A stretch of 32,000 nucleotides of DNA, taken from the NCBI RefSeq assembly GCF_000012905.2, contig NC_007493.2, forward strand, positions 2,430,001 to 2,462,000. The letters run 5' to 3'. Below the pieces are notes generated by a model. That model saw only the letters and a list, made by a program, of their open reading frames with translations, was not told the origin of the DNA and made no database searches. Every line of letters starts with the position of its first letter. The first letter of the stretch is position 1. Position numbers and translations under genes: made by a program. This document shows, piece after piece, positions 18,577 to 26,126 of this stretch. The stretch is from Cereibacter sphaeroides 2.4.1 (GTDB taxonomy: Bacteria; Pseudomonadota; Alphaproteobacteria; Rhodobacterales; Rhodobacteraceae).

Positions 18577-20514
18577 TTACTGTCTCAAGGCGCCCGCGTC
18601 ACGCAGCGCCTGGGCCTTGTCGGGGTTGAACCACCAGAAGTCCAGCTCGCCCAGCGCATAGGGCGGCAGGGTCTCGGGATGCTCGAACATGTCGTAATAG
18701 GCGACGGTGTTGCTGGCCTTGTACCATTGCGGCACCCAGAACCGCTGCAGCCGCAGCACCCGGTCGAGCGCCTTGGTCGCCACTTCGAGCTCCTCGGAGG
18801 TCTTGGCGGCCAGAACCACCTCGATCATGCGGTCCACAGCCTTGTCCTTCAGGCCCATGATGTTGAAGGCCGAGATGTCGGCGGTCTCCGACCCGTAATA
18901 CTGCTTCAGCTCGGCGCCCGAGATGTAGTTCGTGCGCGCATTGCCGGTGGTGATGTCGAAATCGTAGCTCGGCGGCCGGGTGCGGCTTTCCATCTGGGCA
19001 TTGTCCACGCGCGTCATCAGCGCATCCACGCCCAGCGCGCGCAGGTTCTCGACGAAGGGGCTGATGACCCTGTCGAAGGTCTGGCTGTCGTTGAGGAATT
19101 CGACGCGCAGCACCTCGCCCTTGGCGTTGCGGCGCATCCCGTCCGAGCCCACGGTCCAGCCCGCCTCGTCCAAGAGCTTGCTCGCCGCCCGGAGGTTCCT
19201 GCGGTCGAGCTGCCGTTCGCCAGAGACGGGCGGGCTGACCGGGGGCTCGGTGAGGATCGAGGCCGGCAGCAGGCCCTCGTCGACGAGCGGCTTCAGAAGC
19301 GCCGCCTCGGCCTCGGAGGGCGCGCCCTCCGCCTCGAGGTAGCTGTTTTCCCAGAAGGAATCGACGCGGGTATAGAGGCCGTAGAACAGCGTCTGGTTCG
19401 ACCATTCGAAGTTGAACATGAGGTTCAGCGCCTCGCGCACCTTCGGGTCCTGGAACTTCTCGCGCCGGAGGTTCAGCATCCAGCCCTGCCCCGTGGCCTT
19501 GGCGCCCGAGGGCAGCTCGACCTTCACCACATGGCCGGTCTGGACGGCGGGGAAGTCGTAGCCCGTGGCCCAGAGGATCGAGGAGGCCTCGTTGCGGAAG
19601 GTGTAGCTGCCGCCCTTGAAGCCCTCGAAGGCCGCATTGTAGTCGGCGTAATATTCGATGCGGATCGCGTCGAAATTTCCGGTGCCGCGCATGAGCGGCA
19701 GGTCCTTGCCCCAGTAGTCGGGATTGCGGCGGTAGACGACGGTCTGGCCCACCTTCATCCGGCTCTCGTCGAGCACATAGGCGCCCGAACCGAGGAAGGG
19801 CTTCAGGCTTCCCTCCTCGAGGTCGAGCCCCTCGCGCTCATACTGCGCCTTGGACAGGACCGGCAGCCCGCCCACGTCCTGCGGCAGATCGCGGGTGGGG
19901 ATGCCCTTCTTGAAGGTGAACTTCACCCGATGCGTGTCGAGCGCCTCGGCCCCCTCGACCTGCTGGGCGAAGATGGTGCGGAAATCGGTGAGCCCCTTGG
20001 CCACGAAGGTCTCGTAGGAAAAGACCACATCCTCTGCGGTGACGGGGGTGCCGTCCGAGAATTTCGCCTCGGGGCGCAGGTTGAAGATCACCCAGCTGCG
20101 GTCCTCGGGATATTCGAGCGTCTCGCAGAGCAGGCAGTAGGCCGCGCCGATCTCGTCGGCCGTGCCCGCGAGGATCGATTCATACATGATCGACGAGAGG
20201 GCCGCAGCCCGGCCCTTCACCGAATAGGGGTTCATCGAATCGAAGCCGCCGAAGGTCCATTCCGAGATCTCGCCGCCCTTGGGTGCGTCGGGATTGACGT
20301 ACTCGAGGTGGGTGAAATCGGCCGGATATTTCAGATCGCCGAAGGTCGAGATGCCGTGCGCCTTGATGATCTTCGGCGCGTCCTGCGCATGGGCGGGCAG
20401 CGCCGCCGCGGCTGCGGCCAGCAGGCCGAGCCCCCCCAGAAGCCATGACCGCACGTCGGGAAGTCTCGAGACTGCGACCCTGCCCTGCGCCGTGCGCGCC
20501 GTGACTTCACCCAT
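18577..20514 (-). CDS. yejA: Periplasmic substrate-binding protein, SBP family 5 (YejA-type)
   Basis: 645 aa with a signal peptide (WLLGGLGLLAAAAAALPAHAQ) and the long family-5 SBP typical of yejA. GGGGGA lies upstream of the ATG. Confidence 0.8.
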   Translation of the reverse strand: MGEVTARTAQGRVAVSRLPDVRSWLLGGLGLLAAAAAALPAHAQDAPKIIKAHGISTFGDLKYPADFTHLEYVNPDAPKGGEISEWTFGGFDSMNPYSVKGRAAALSSIMYESILAGTADEIGAAYCLLCETLEYPEDRSWVIFNLRPEAKFSDGTPVTAEDVVFSYETFVAKGLTDFRTIFAQQVEGAEALDTHRVKFTFKKGIPTRDLPQDVGGLPVLSKAQYEREGLDLEEGSLKPFLGSGAYVLDESRMKVGQTVVYRRNPDYWGKDLPLMRGTGNFDAIRIEYYADYNAAFEGFKGGSYTFRNEASSILWATGYDFPAVQTGHVVKVELPSGAKATGQGWMLNLRREKFQDPKVREALNLMFNFEWSNQTLFYGLYTRVDSFWENSYLEAEGAPSEAEAALLKPLVDEGLLPASILTEPPVSPPVSGERQLDRRNLRAASKLLDEAGWTVGSDGMRRNAKGEVLRVEFLNDSQTFDRVISPFVENLRALGVDALMTRVDNAQMESRTRPPSYDFDITTGNARTNYISGAELKQYYGSETADISAFNIMGLKDKAVDRMIEVVLAAKTSEELEVATKALDRVLRLQRFWVPQWYKASNTVAYYDMFEHPETLPPYALGELDFWWFNPDKAQALRDAGALRQ

Positions 20515-20559
20515 GCCGTTCCCCCTGCCTCGTGTCGCGCGCCTGGCGCCCGGTTCGCC

Positions 20560-20589
20560 ATGCTACGGTGCATTGGGACGCAGTCTCAA
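20560..20589 (-). promoter_or_regulatory. Candidate sigma70-type promoter of the yej operon
   Basis: Minus-strand TTGAGA (20584..20589), an 18-nt spacer, then TAGCAT (20560..20565). It lies about 45 nt upstream of the yejA ATG and downstream of the cycY terminator. Judged by sequence resemblance only. Confidence 0.3.
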
Positions 20590-20623
20590 GTTGCGATTGC
20601 GTGACGAGACGGCAGGCCCGGCA

Positions 20624-20657
20624 GGAAAAACGAAAAAGGCCGCCCGATCGGGCGGCC
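20624..20657 (-). terminator. Intrinsic terminator of the cytochrome cy-like gene
   Basis: Palindromic GC stem GGCCGCCCG-AT-CGGGCGGCC (20638..20657), followed on the minus strand by TTTTTCGTTTTTCC. Confidence 0.8.
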
Positions 20658-20682
20658 CTTCAAGAAACAGGGGGTTCTGCCC

Positions 20683-21207
20683 TTACTGGAGCGAGGCCAG
20701 ATAGGCCACGACATTGGCGCGGTCCTGCTCTTTCGGCAGGCCCGCGAAGGTCATCTTGGTGCCCGGCACATGGCCCTTGGGATTCTCGACGAAGGCGCCG
20801 AGCTCTTCCAACGTCCAGGTCGGCGCCTCGGCGGCATGGGCCACCATCGCGTCCGAATAGGCGAAGCCCGCCACCGAGGCCACCGCGCGGTCGACCACAC
20901 CATTCAGATGCGGGCCCGTCGCGTCCGAGCCGTCGACCTTGTGACAGGCGGCGCATTTGGCGAAGACCTTCTGGCCCGCCGCCGCATCGGCCGCAGCCAC
21001 CAGTTCCGGAAACGGCACCGCTTCGGCGGCCGGTTCCTCGGCGGCGGCACTGGCGCCCGTGTCGATCACATAGGCTTGCGTCACATCCTCGCCGTGGCCC
21101 TCGCCGAAGGTGTAAAGGCCGCTGGCCGCCCAGGATCCAAGCAGGAACACCAGGAGCGCGCCGCACCCGGCGCCGACCGCCTTCGTCAGGGTCATCGTGT
21201 CGAACAT
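20683..21207 (-). CDS. cycY: Membrane-anchored class I cytochrome c (cytochrome cy-like)
   Basis: 174 aa. N-terminal TM anchor (AVGAGCGALLVFLLGSWAA), an Ala/Glu-rich linker, then a c-type domain with CAACHK and a distal Met (GTKMTFAGL). This architecture matches the cytochrome cy electron donor to cbb3 oxidases. Confidence 0.7.
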   Translation of the reverse strand: MFDTMTLTKAVGAGCGALLVFLLGSWAASGLYTFGEGHGEDVTQAYVIDTGASAAAEEPAAEAVPFPELVAAADAAAGQKVFAKCAACHKVDGSDATGPHLNGVVDRAVASVAGFAYSDAMVAHAAEAPTWTLEELGAFVENPKGHVPGTKMTFAGLPKEQDRANVVAYLASLQ

Positions 21208-21327
21208 GTCGCATTTACCTCGGTTTGGGTCCGCCGGACATGTATCCGCTTCTTCCCCTTGCTTTCAAGGTGTAGTAGCGCCGCCGGACGCGGGGACAAC
21301 CTGTTTTTGATCGCGGAGACCCAAGTC

Positions 21328-22161
21328 ATGACCGGCCGAATCGCTTTCCAGGGGGAACCCGGCGCCTATTCGCACCAGGCCTGCCGTCAGGCGCGCCCCG
21401 AAATGGAGGCGATCCCCTGCCGCACCTTCGAGGATGCGATCGAGCTGGTCCGCGCGGGCGAGGCCGACCTCGCGATGCTGCCGGTCGAGAATTCCACCTA
21501 CGGCCGCGTGGCCGACATTCACACGCTGCTGCCGGGCTCGGGCCTGCGGATCGTCGACGAATCCTTCGTGCGGGTGCACATCAATCTGCTCACCCTGCGC
21601 GGCACGCCCATCGAGCAGGTCGAGCGCGCCATGAGCCACACGGTTCTGCTGGGCCAGTGCCGCACCTTCCTGCGCGGCCATGACATCCGGCCGGTGACGG
21701 GCGCCGACACGGCGGGATCGGCGCGTCTGGTGGCGGAACAGGGCGATCCTGCGCTGGCCGCGCTCGCCTCGGAGCTCGCCGGCGAGATCTACGGGCTCGA
21801 CGTGGTGGCGCGCCACATCGAGGACCAGTCGAACAACACCACCCGCTTCCTCGTGATGGCGCGGGAGGCCGACTGGACGCGGCGCGGCCCCGGCAAGATG
21901 GTCACGACCTTCACCTTCCGCGTGCGCAACATCCCGGCCGCCCTCTACAAGGCGCTCGGCGGCTTTGCCACGAACGGGATCAACATGACCAAGCTCGAGA
22001 GCTACATGGTCGGCGGCTCCTTCACCGCGACCGAGTTCTATGCCGACATCGAGGGCCATCCCGAGGATGGGAACGTGGCGCTCGCGCTCGACGAGCTGCG
22101 CTTCTTCACCAGCCAGTCCGAGATCCTCGGCGTCTATCCGGCCGACCCCGGCCGGGGCTGA
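21328..22161 (+). CDS. pheA: Prephenate dehydratase
   Basis: 277 aa starting at MTGRIAFQGEPGAYSHQA, with a PDT domain, the NNTTRFLVMA motif and a C-terminal ACT domain. The track ORF's long N-terminal extension (from 20770) overlaps cycY antisense and was rejected. Confidence 0.9.
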   Translation: MTGRIAFQGEPGAYSHQACRQARPEMEAIPCRTFEDAIELVRAGEADLAMLPVENSTYGRVADIHTLLPGSGLRIVDESFVRVHINLLTLRGTPIEQVERAMSHTVLLGQCRTFLRGHDIRPVTGADTAGSARLVAEQGDPALAALASELAGEIYGLDVVARHIEDQSNNTTRFLVMAREADWTRRGPGKMVTTFTFRVRNIPAALYKALGGFATNGINMTKLESYMVGGSFTATEFYADIEGHPEDGNVALALDELRFFTSQSEILGVYPADPGRG

Positions 22162-22179
22162 GCCCCGTCGCGCTTGGTC

Positions 22180-22686
22180 TCAGGCCTGCGGCCCCTTCGC
22201 GGCCGCAGCCGCGGCAGCTTTGCGGCGGGCCTGCCAGCGCCGGCCGATCTCGGCCGCGAAGCCCTTGATGCGGGCGTCGTACTTCTCCTGAAGCGTGCCC
22301 TGCGCCAACCGCAGCGACTGGAGGAAGACGCGCGAGGGCAGCGTCAGCGCCTTCACGTCCGAGGTCACGGTGACGCGCGTCCGGCGCGGGGCGAGTTCGA
22401 GGAACGCGAGCGTCAGATCCGCCCGCAGGGAGTGGCCGGTGGCCTCCATCAGCAGCTTCTGGTCCGGCTCGATGCCCACGAGGCGCATCTCCACCTCCCG
22501 CGTCCGGCCGTGGTAGTCGAAGCGGACGAGCCAGCCCGTGCCGGGACCCTCCTCGGGCGTCCCGTCGAGCCTCCGGACCGTCACGCCGCGCTGCGAGGCC
22601 GCGCGCTCCCAGTTGCCGAAGTCCGACAGCTGCCTCCAGACGAACCGGATCGGCGCCTCGACTTCCTGGCTGGTGCTCAGTCGCAT
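22180..22686 (-). CDS. SRPBCC-superfamily protein (polyketide cyclase/dehydrase-like) with a basic Ala-rich tail
   Basis: Start MRLSTSQEVEAPIRFVWRQLSDFGNWERAA is typical of the SRPBCC N-terminus. AAGGGGAGA lies upstream of the ATG at 22684..22686. The gene begins 37 nt downstream of nudC on the same strand. Confidence 0.65.
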   Translation of the reverse strand: MRLSTSQEVEAPIRFVWRQLSDFGNWERAASQRGVTVRRLDGTPEEGPGTGWLVRFDYHGRTREVEMRLVGIEPDQKLLMEATGHSLRADLTLAFLELAPRRTRVTVTSDVKALTLPSRVFLQSLRLAQGTLQEKYDARIKGFAAEIGRRWQARRKAAAAAAAKGPQA

Positions 22687-22723
22687 GGTCTCTCCCCTTC
22701 CGCGTCCCGCGGCGCTTTTCGCG

Positions 22724-23677
22724 TCAATCCAGACGGTCCGCAAGCCAGTTGGAGATCAGGAAGTGCGCGATGGCGCCTTTGCGCGCAGGCCGGACCTCGG
22801 GATGACGCCCCGCCATCACCGTCACCATCTCCTCGCGCGTGATCCAGCGCGCATCCTCGAGCTCCACCGGATCGAGCGTGATGACATCGGTGAGGGCGAT
22901 CCCGTGGCAGCCCATCATGAGCGAGGCCGGGAAGGGCCAGGGCTGGCTCGCCAGATAGCGCACCGGGCCCACGGTCACGCCCGCCTCCTCCATCACCTCG
23001 CGGCGCACGGCGGCCTCGATCGTCTCGCCGGGCTCGACGAAGCCCGCGAGGCAGGAATAGACCCCCTCGGGCCAGCCCGGCGACCGGCCGACCAGCGCGC
23101 GGTTGCCATGGGTCACCAGCATGATGACCACCGGATCGGTGCGGGGGAAATGCTGCGCGCCGCAGGCGGTGCAGCGGCGGTGCCAGCCGCCCTCGGAGGG
23201 TGCCGAAGGCGCGCCGCAGGTCGAGCAGAAGCGATGGCTGCGGTGCCACTGCACGAGCGCCTTGGCGGTGGCGGCCAGCTCCGCCTCGCGCGGCGAGAGC
23301 GCGAGCATCAGGCCGCGCAGGTCGCCGAAGCCCGGCGCGCCCGGCAGGGCGGGATGCGACTGGAACCCCGGATCGAAGAACCCGCCCTGAACAGCCTCGG
23401 CGCCGGCCTCGGGCGACCAGTGCGAGATGTCGGCCGCAAAGCGGGGCGCCTCGCCGTCGAGCCCGAGAAAGATCGGCTCCTCCGCCCCGGCCAGCACGGG
23501 ATGGCCGGGCGGAAGCCAGCCCAGCGCGCCTTCCTCGGCGCAGAGCGGACGGCCGCGCCAGATCGGCAGGACACAGTCGCCCGCCAGAAGCCGCGCGAGA
23601 CTTGCGGCATCGCCCCTCAGCCGGCCGGCCCGGTCGAGCCCCGACCCTCCGAAGGTCACTGTCTCCGCGATCCGCAT
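22724..23677 (-). CDS. nudC: NAD(H) pyrophosphatase / NAD-cap decapping Nudix hydrolase NudC
   Basis: 317 aa taken from the C-terminal part of track ORF 22724..25624. Zinc ribbon CSTCG...CTACG, Nudix box GFVEPGETIEAAVRREVMEEAGV and the NudC signature SQPWPFPASLM. GGAGGA lies upstream of the ATG at 23675..23677. Confidence 0.88.
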   Translation of the reverse strand: MRIAETVTFGGSGLDRAGRLRGDAASLARLLAGDCVLPIWRGRPLCAEEGALGWLPPGHPVLAGAEEPIFLGLDGEAPRFAADISHWSPEAGAEAVQGGFFDPGFQSHPALPGAPGFGDLRGLMLALSPREAELAATAKALVQWHRSHRFCSTCGAPSAPSEGGWHRRCTACGAQHFPRTDPVVIMLVTHGNRALVGRSPGWPEGVYSCLAGFVEPGETIEAAVRREVMEEAGVTVGPVRYLASQPWPFPASLMMGCHGIALTDVITLDPVELEDARWITREEMVTVMAGRHPEVRPARKGAIAHFLISNWLADRLD

Positions 23678-23911
23678 GCCGCCGCTCCTCCAGATCCGGC
23701 GGTCCGGCCGCCCCGGGCCGTCATGCCATGCCGCGCGGCAGGGGCCAAGGGTCGGACGGCGAAGATGCCATGGCCGGGGGGCTGGAACATCCCGGCCGCG
23801 CGGCCTAGCCTCGGCCCCGGCGATACCCATGCCTGTCGCGCGACCGCTTCGGAAGCCGCGGCGGGCGCAGGAATGCCGGGCAGGGCCGCGCCGAAGAAGG
23901 AAGTCCGGGGC

Positions 23912-25804
23912 ATGAGACGAGAGGACGATCACCGCGAGAGGCGGCCGCAGGTGCTGGCGGAGCCGCCCGCAGACCCGGCCCGGCTCCGGCTGCGCCTGCT
24001 CGCCACGACGGACCTTCATGCCGAGATCCTGCCCTACGACTATCATGCCGACCGGCCGGCGCCGGGGCTGGGCCTCGCCACCACCGCGACCCTCATCGCC
24101 GAGGCGCGCGCCGAAGCCACGAACACGCTGCTCTTCGACAATGGCGATCTGCTGCAGGGCACGCCGATGGGCGATCTCTGGGCGCAGCGGGCGCCCGAAG
24201 GGATCCATCCCCTGATCGCGGCCATGAAGGCCCTCGGCTACGATGCGGCGACGGTCGGCAACCACGACTTCGACTACGGTCTGGATCATCTCGACCGCAC
24301 GCTCGCCGACGCGACCTGGCCCGTCGTCTCGAGCAATGCGTTGCTGACGCTCGGAGCCGAGCCTGCGGCAGACCGGACGCTGCTGCCCCCGGCGGCGATC
24401 CTCGACCGCGAGATGATCGACGAGGCGGGGCAGCCGCACCGTCTGCGGATCGGGGTGCTGGGCCTCCTGCCGCCGCAGGTGCCGGTGTGGAACCGCGCCG
24501 TGCTGGGCGACCGGCTGCAGGTGCGCGACATCGCCGAGGCGGCGGCGGGCCATCTGGCGGCGCTTCGGGCCGAGGGCTGCGATCTCGTCGTGGCGCTCTG
24601 CCATTCGGGGATCGGCGCGCCCGAGGCCCAGCCCGAGCAGGAGGATGCGGCGCTGCCCGTGGCGGCGCTCGAGGGGATCGACGCGGTGGTGACGGGCCAC
24701 AGCCACCTCGTCTTTCCCGCGCCGGGCTTCCCGCCGCGGCCCGGAGCCGATGCCACGCTGGGGCGGCTCGCGGGCAAGCCCGCCGTAATGGCCGGCGCCC
24801 GCGGCTCGCATCTGGGGGTGATCGATCTCCTGCTGGCCCGGGACGCCCAAGGCTGGCGCGTGGCGGAGGCGCAGGTCGAGGCCCGCCCGGTGCGGCGCGC
24901 GGGAAGCCCCGTGCAGGCCTGCCCGAAGCTCACCGCGCTTGCCGCGCCCGCCCATGCCGAGACCCTCCGCCACATCCGCCGCCCCATCGGCCACTCGACG
25001 GTGCGGATCGCGAGCCATTTCGCCCTCGTGGCGCCCACGGCCTCGCTGTCGCTCGTAGCCGAGGCGCAGGCCGCCCATCTGGCAGAGCACATCGCGGGAA
25101 GCCCCCTCGCGGGCCTGCCGATCCTGTCGGCGGCGGCGCCCTTCAAGGCGGGGGGGCGCGCCGGGCCTGCCCATTACAGCGACGTGCCGGCTGGACCGCT
25201 CGCGCTGCGCCATGCGGTCGATCTCTATATCTACCCGAACCTCATCGCCGCCGTCCGGCTGACCGGCGCCCAGATCGCGGAATGGCTCGAGCGGGCCGCG
25301 AGCCTCTTCGCCCGGATCGAACCGGGGGGAGTCGACCAGCCGCTCCTCGATCCCGAGATGCCGAGCTACGGCTTCGACCCGATCCAGGGACTGACCTTCT
25401 CGATCGACTTGGCCCAGCCCGCGCGCTACGACGCCCACGGCCGGATCGTCCGCCCCGAGGCGCGGCGCATCCTCGACCTGCGCTGGCAGGACCGGCCGCT
25501 GGACCCGACGCAGCCCTTCGCGGTGGCCACCAACAGCTACCGCGCCGCCAGCTGCAGCCGGCAGTTCGGCCCCCTGCCGACCTGGATCGGCACCGAGCCG
25601 ATCCGCGACATCCTGAGCCGCCACATCTCCCGGACCTCGCCGCTGGCCCCCGAGGTGCCCCGCTTCTGGCGCTTCCGGCCGATGCCCGGCACCACGGCGA
25701 TCTTCGAGACGGCCCCCGCCCCGGCCGAGCCGCCGCCCTTCCTCGATCTGACCCGGCTCCCTTCCTCGCCTGCGGGGTTCTCGCGCTTCCGCCTCGCCCT
25801 CTGA
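23912..25804 (+). CDS. CpdB/UshA-family metallophosphoesterase (2',3'-cyclic-nucleotide phosphodiesterase / nucleotidase-like) with no detectable signal peptide
   Basis: 630 aa. Calcineurin-like motifs TTDLHAE, DNGDLLQG and GNHDFDYG, followed by a 5'-nucleotidase C-terminal-like domain. The ATG at 23912 is preceded by AAGGAAG. The N-terminus MRREDDHRERRPQVLAEPPADPARLRL is charged and has no hydrophobic segment. Confidence 0.82.
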   Translation: MRREDDHRERRPQVLAEPPADPARLRLRLLATTDLHAEILPYDYHADRPAPGLGLATTATLIAEARAEATNTLLFDNGDLLQGTPMGDLWAQRAPEGIHPLIAAMKALGYDAATVGNHDFDYGLDHLDRTLADATWPVVSSNALLTLGAEPAADRTLLPPAAILDREMIDEAGQPHRLRIGVLGLLPPQVPVWNRAVLGDRLQVRDIAEAAAGHLAALRAEGCDLVVALCHSGIGAPEAQPEQEDAALPVAALEGIDAVVTGHSHLVFPAPGFPPRPGADATLGRLAGKPAVMAGARGSHLGVIDLLLARDAQGWRVAEAQVEARPVRRAGSPVQACPKLTALAAPAHAETLRHIRRPIGHSTVRIASHFALVAPTASLSLVAEAQAAHLAEHIAGSPLAGLPILSAAAPFKAGGRAGPAHYSDVPAGPLALRHAVDLYIYPNLIAAVRLTGAQIAEWLERAASLFARIEPGGVDQPLLDPEMPSYGFDPIQGLTFSIDLAQPARYDAHGRIVRPEARRILDLRWQDRPLDPTQPFAVATNSYRAASCSRQFGPLPTWIGTEPIRDILSRHISRTSPLAPEVPRFWRFRPMPGTTAIFETAPAPAEPPPFLDLTRLPSSPAGFSRFRLAL

Positions 25805-25842
25805 CGGCCGCGCGCGATGCCCCGCCTGCGGCCGCGGGGCGC

Positions 25843-25870
25843 TTGCAAATGCCCCCGGCCCGGCCTATAT
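25843..25870 (+). promoter_or_regulatory. sigma70-type promoter of ffs
   Basis: TTGCAA (25843..25848), a 16-nt spacer, then CTATAT (25865..25870). The predicted start about 7 nt downstream coincides with the 5' arm of the SRP RNA helix. Confidence 0.6.
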
Positions 25871-25875
25871 CGGCC

Positions 25876-25975
25876 GCGAGAGGTTGGCGCGGGCAGGCGC
25901 CTCGCCAACCCGGTCAGGTCCGGAAGGAAGCAGCCGTAACGAGCCCCGTCTGGGTCGATGTCCAGCCTCTCACCT
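25876..25975 (+). ncRNA. ffs: Signal recognition particle RNA (small bacterial SRP / 4.5S RNA)
   Basis: GGTCAGGTCCGGAAGGAAGCAGCC (25912..25935) is identical to the conserved domain IV core of E. coli 4.5S RNA, including the GGAA tetraloop. The terminal helix is GAGAGGTTGG (25878..25887) pairing with CCAGCCTCTC (25962..25971). It sits in the canonical position just upstream of dnaX. Ends are approximate, within a few nt. Confidence 0.85.
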
Positions 25976-26126
25976 TTCCCCGATCATGCAGCGAAAGATC
26001 CCGGTTCCGTGAGGCTTGCGCAGGCAGCGCCTCCACGCGCGGGCTGCATTGCGCCTGCCCCTTCGGGTGGACGCCGCTCCTCCCCCGCCCTAATCTCGGG
26101 GCTGACCCCGAATCCGCCGAGGCCCG

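Noticed and set aside
21257-21270. The palindrome CCTTGCTTTCAAGG upstream of cycY/pheA, considered as a fifth FNR box.
   Set aside because: TTG and CAA are separated by 4 nt rather than the 8 nt of TTGAT-N4-ATCAA, so it cannot be an FNR/FixK site. It is kept only as part of the unexplained spacer architecture.
22145-22179. Small GC palindromes around the pheA stop (CCCCGGCCGGGG; GGGGC-TGA-GCCCC), considered as a terminator between the convergent pheA and SRPBCC genes.
   Set aside because: The stems are only 5-6 bp, have no U-tract, and are indistinguishable from background GC palindromes. They cannot be supported as a feature.
22538-23911. N-terminal 458-aa extension of the CpdB-like ORF (track 22538..25804), and the 966-aa minus ORF 22724..25624.
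   Set aside because: Each long ORF is genuine only in the part carrying motifs: nudC at 22724..23677 and the phosphoesterase from 23912. The remaining parts overlap the other gene antisense, are low-complexity, and lack RBS support.
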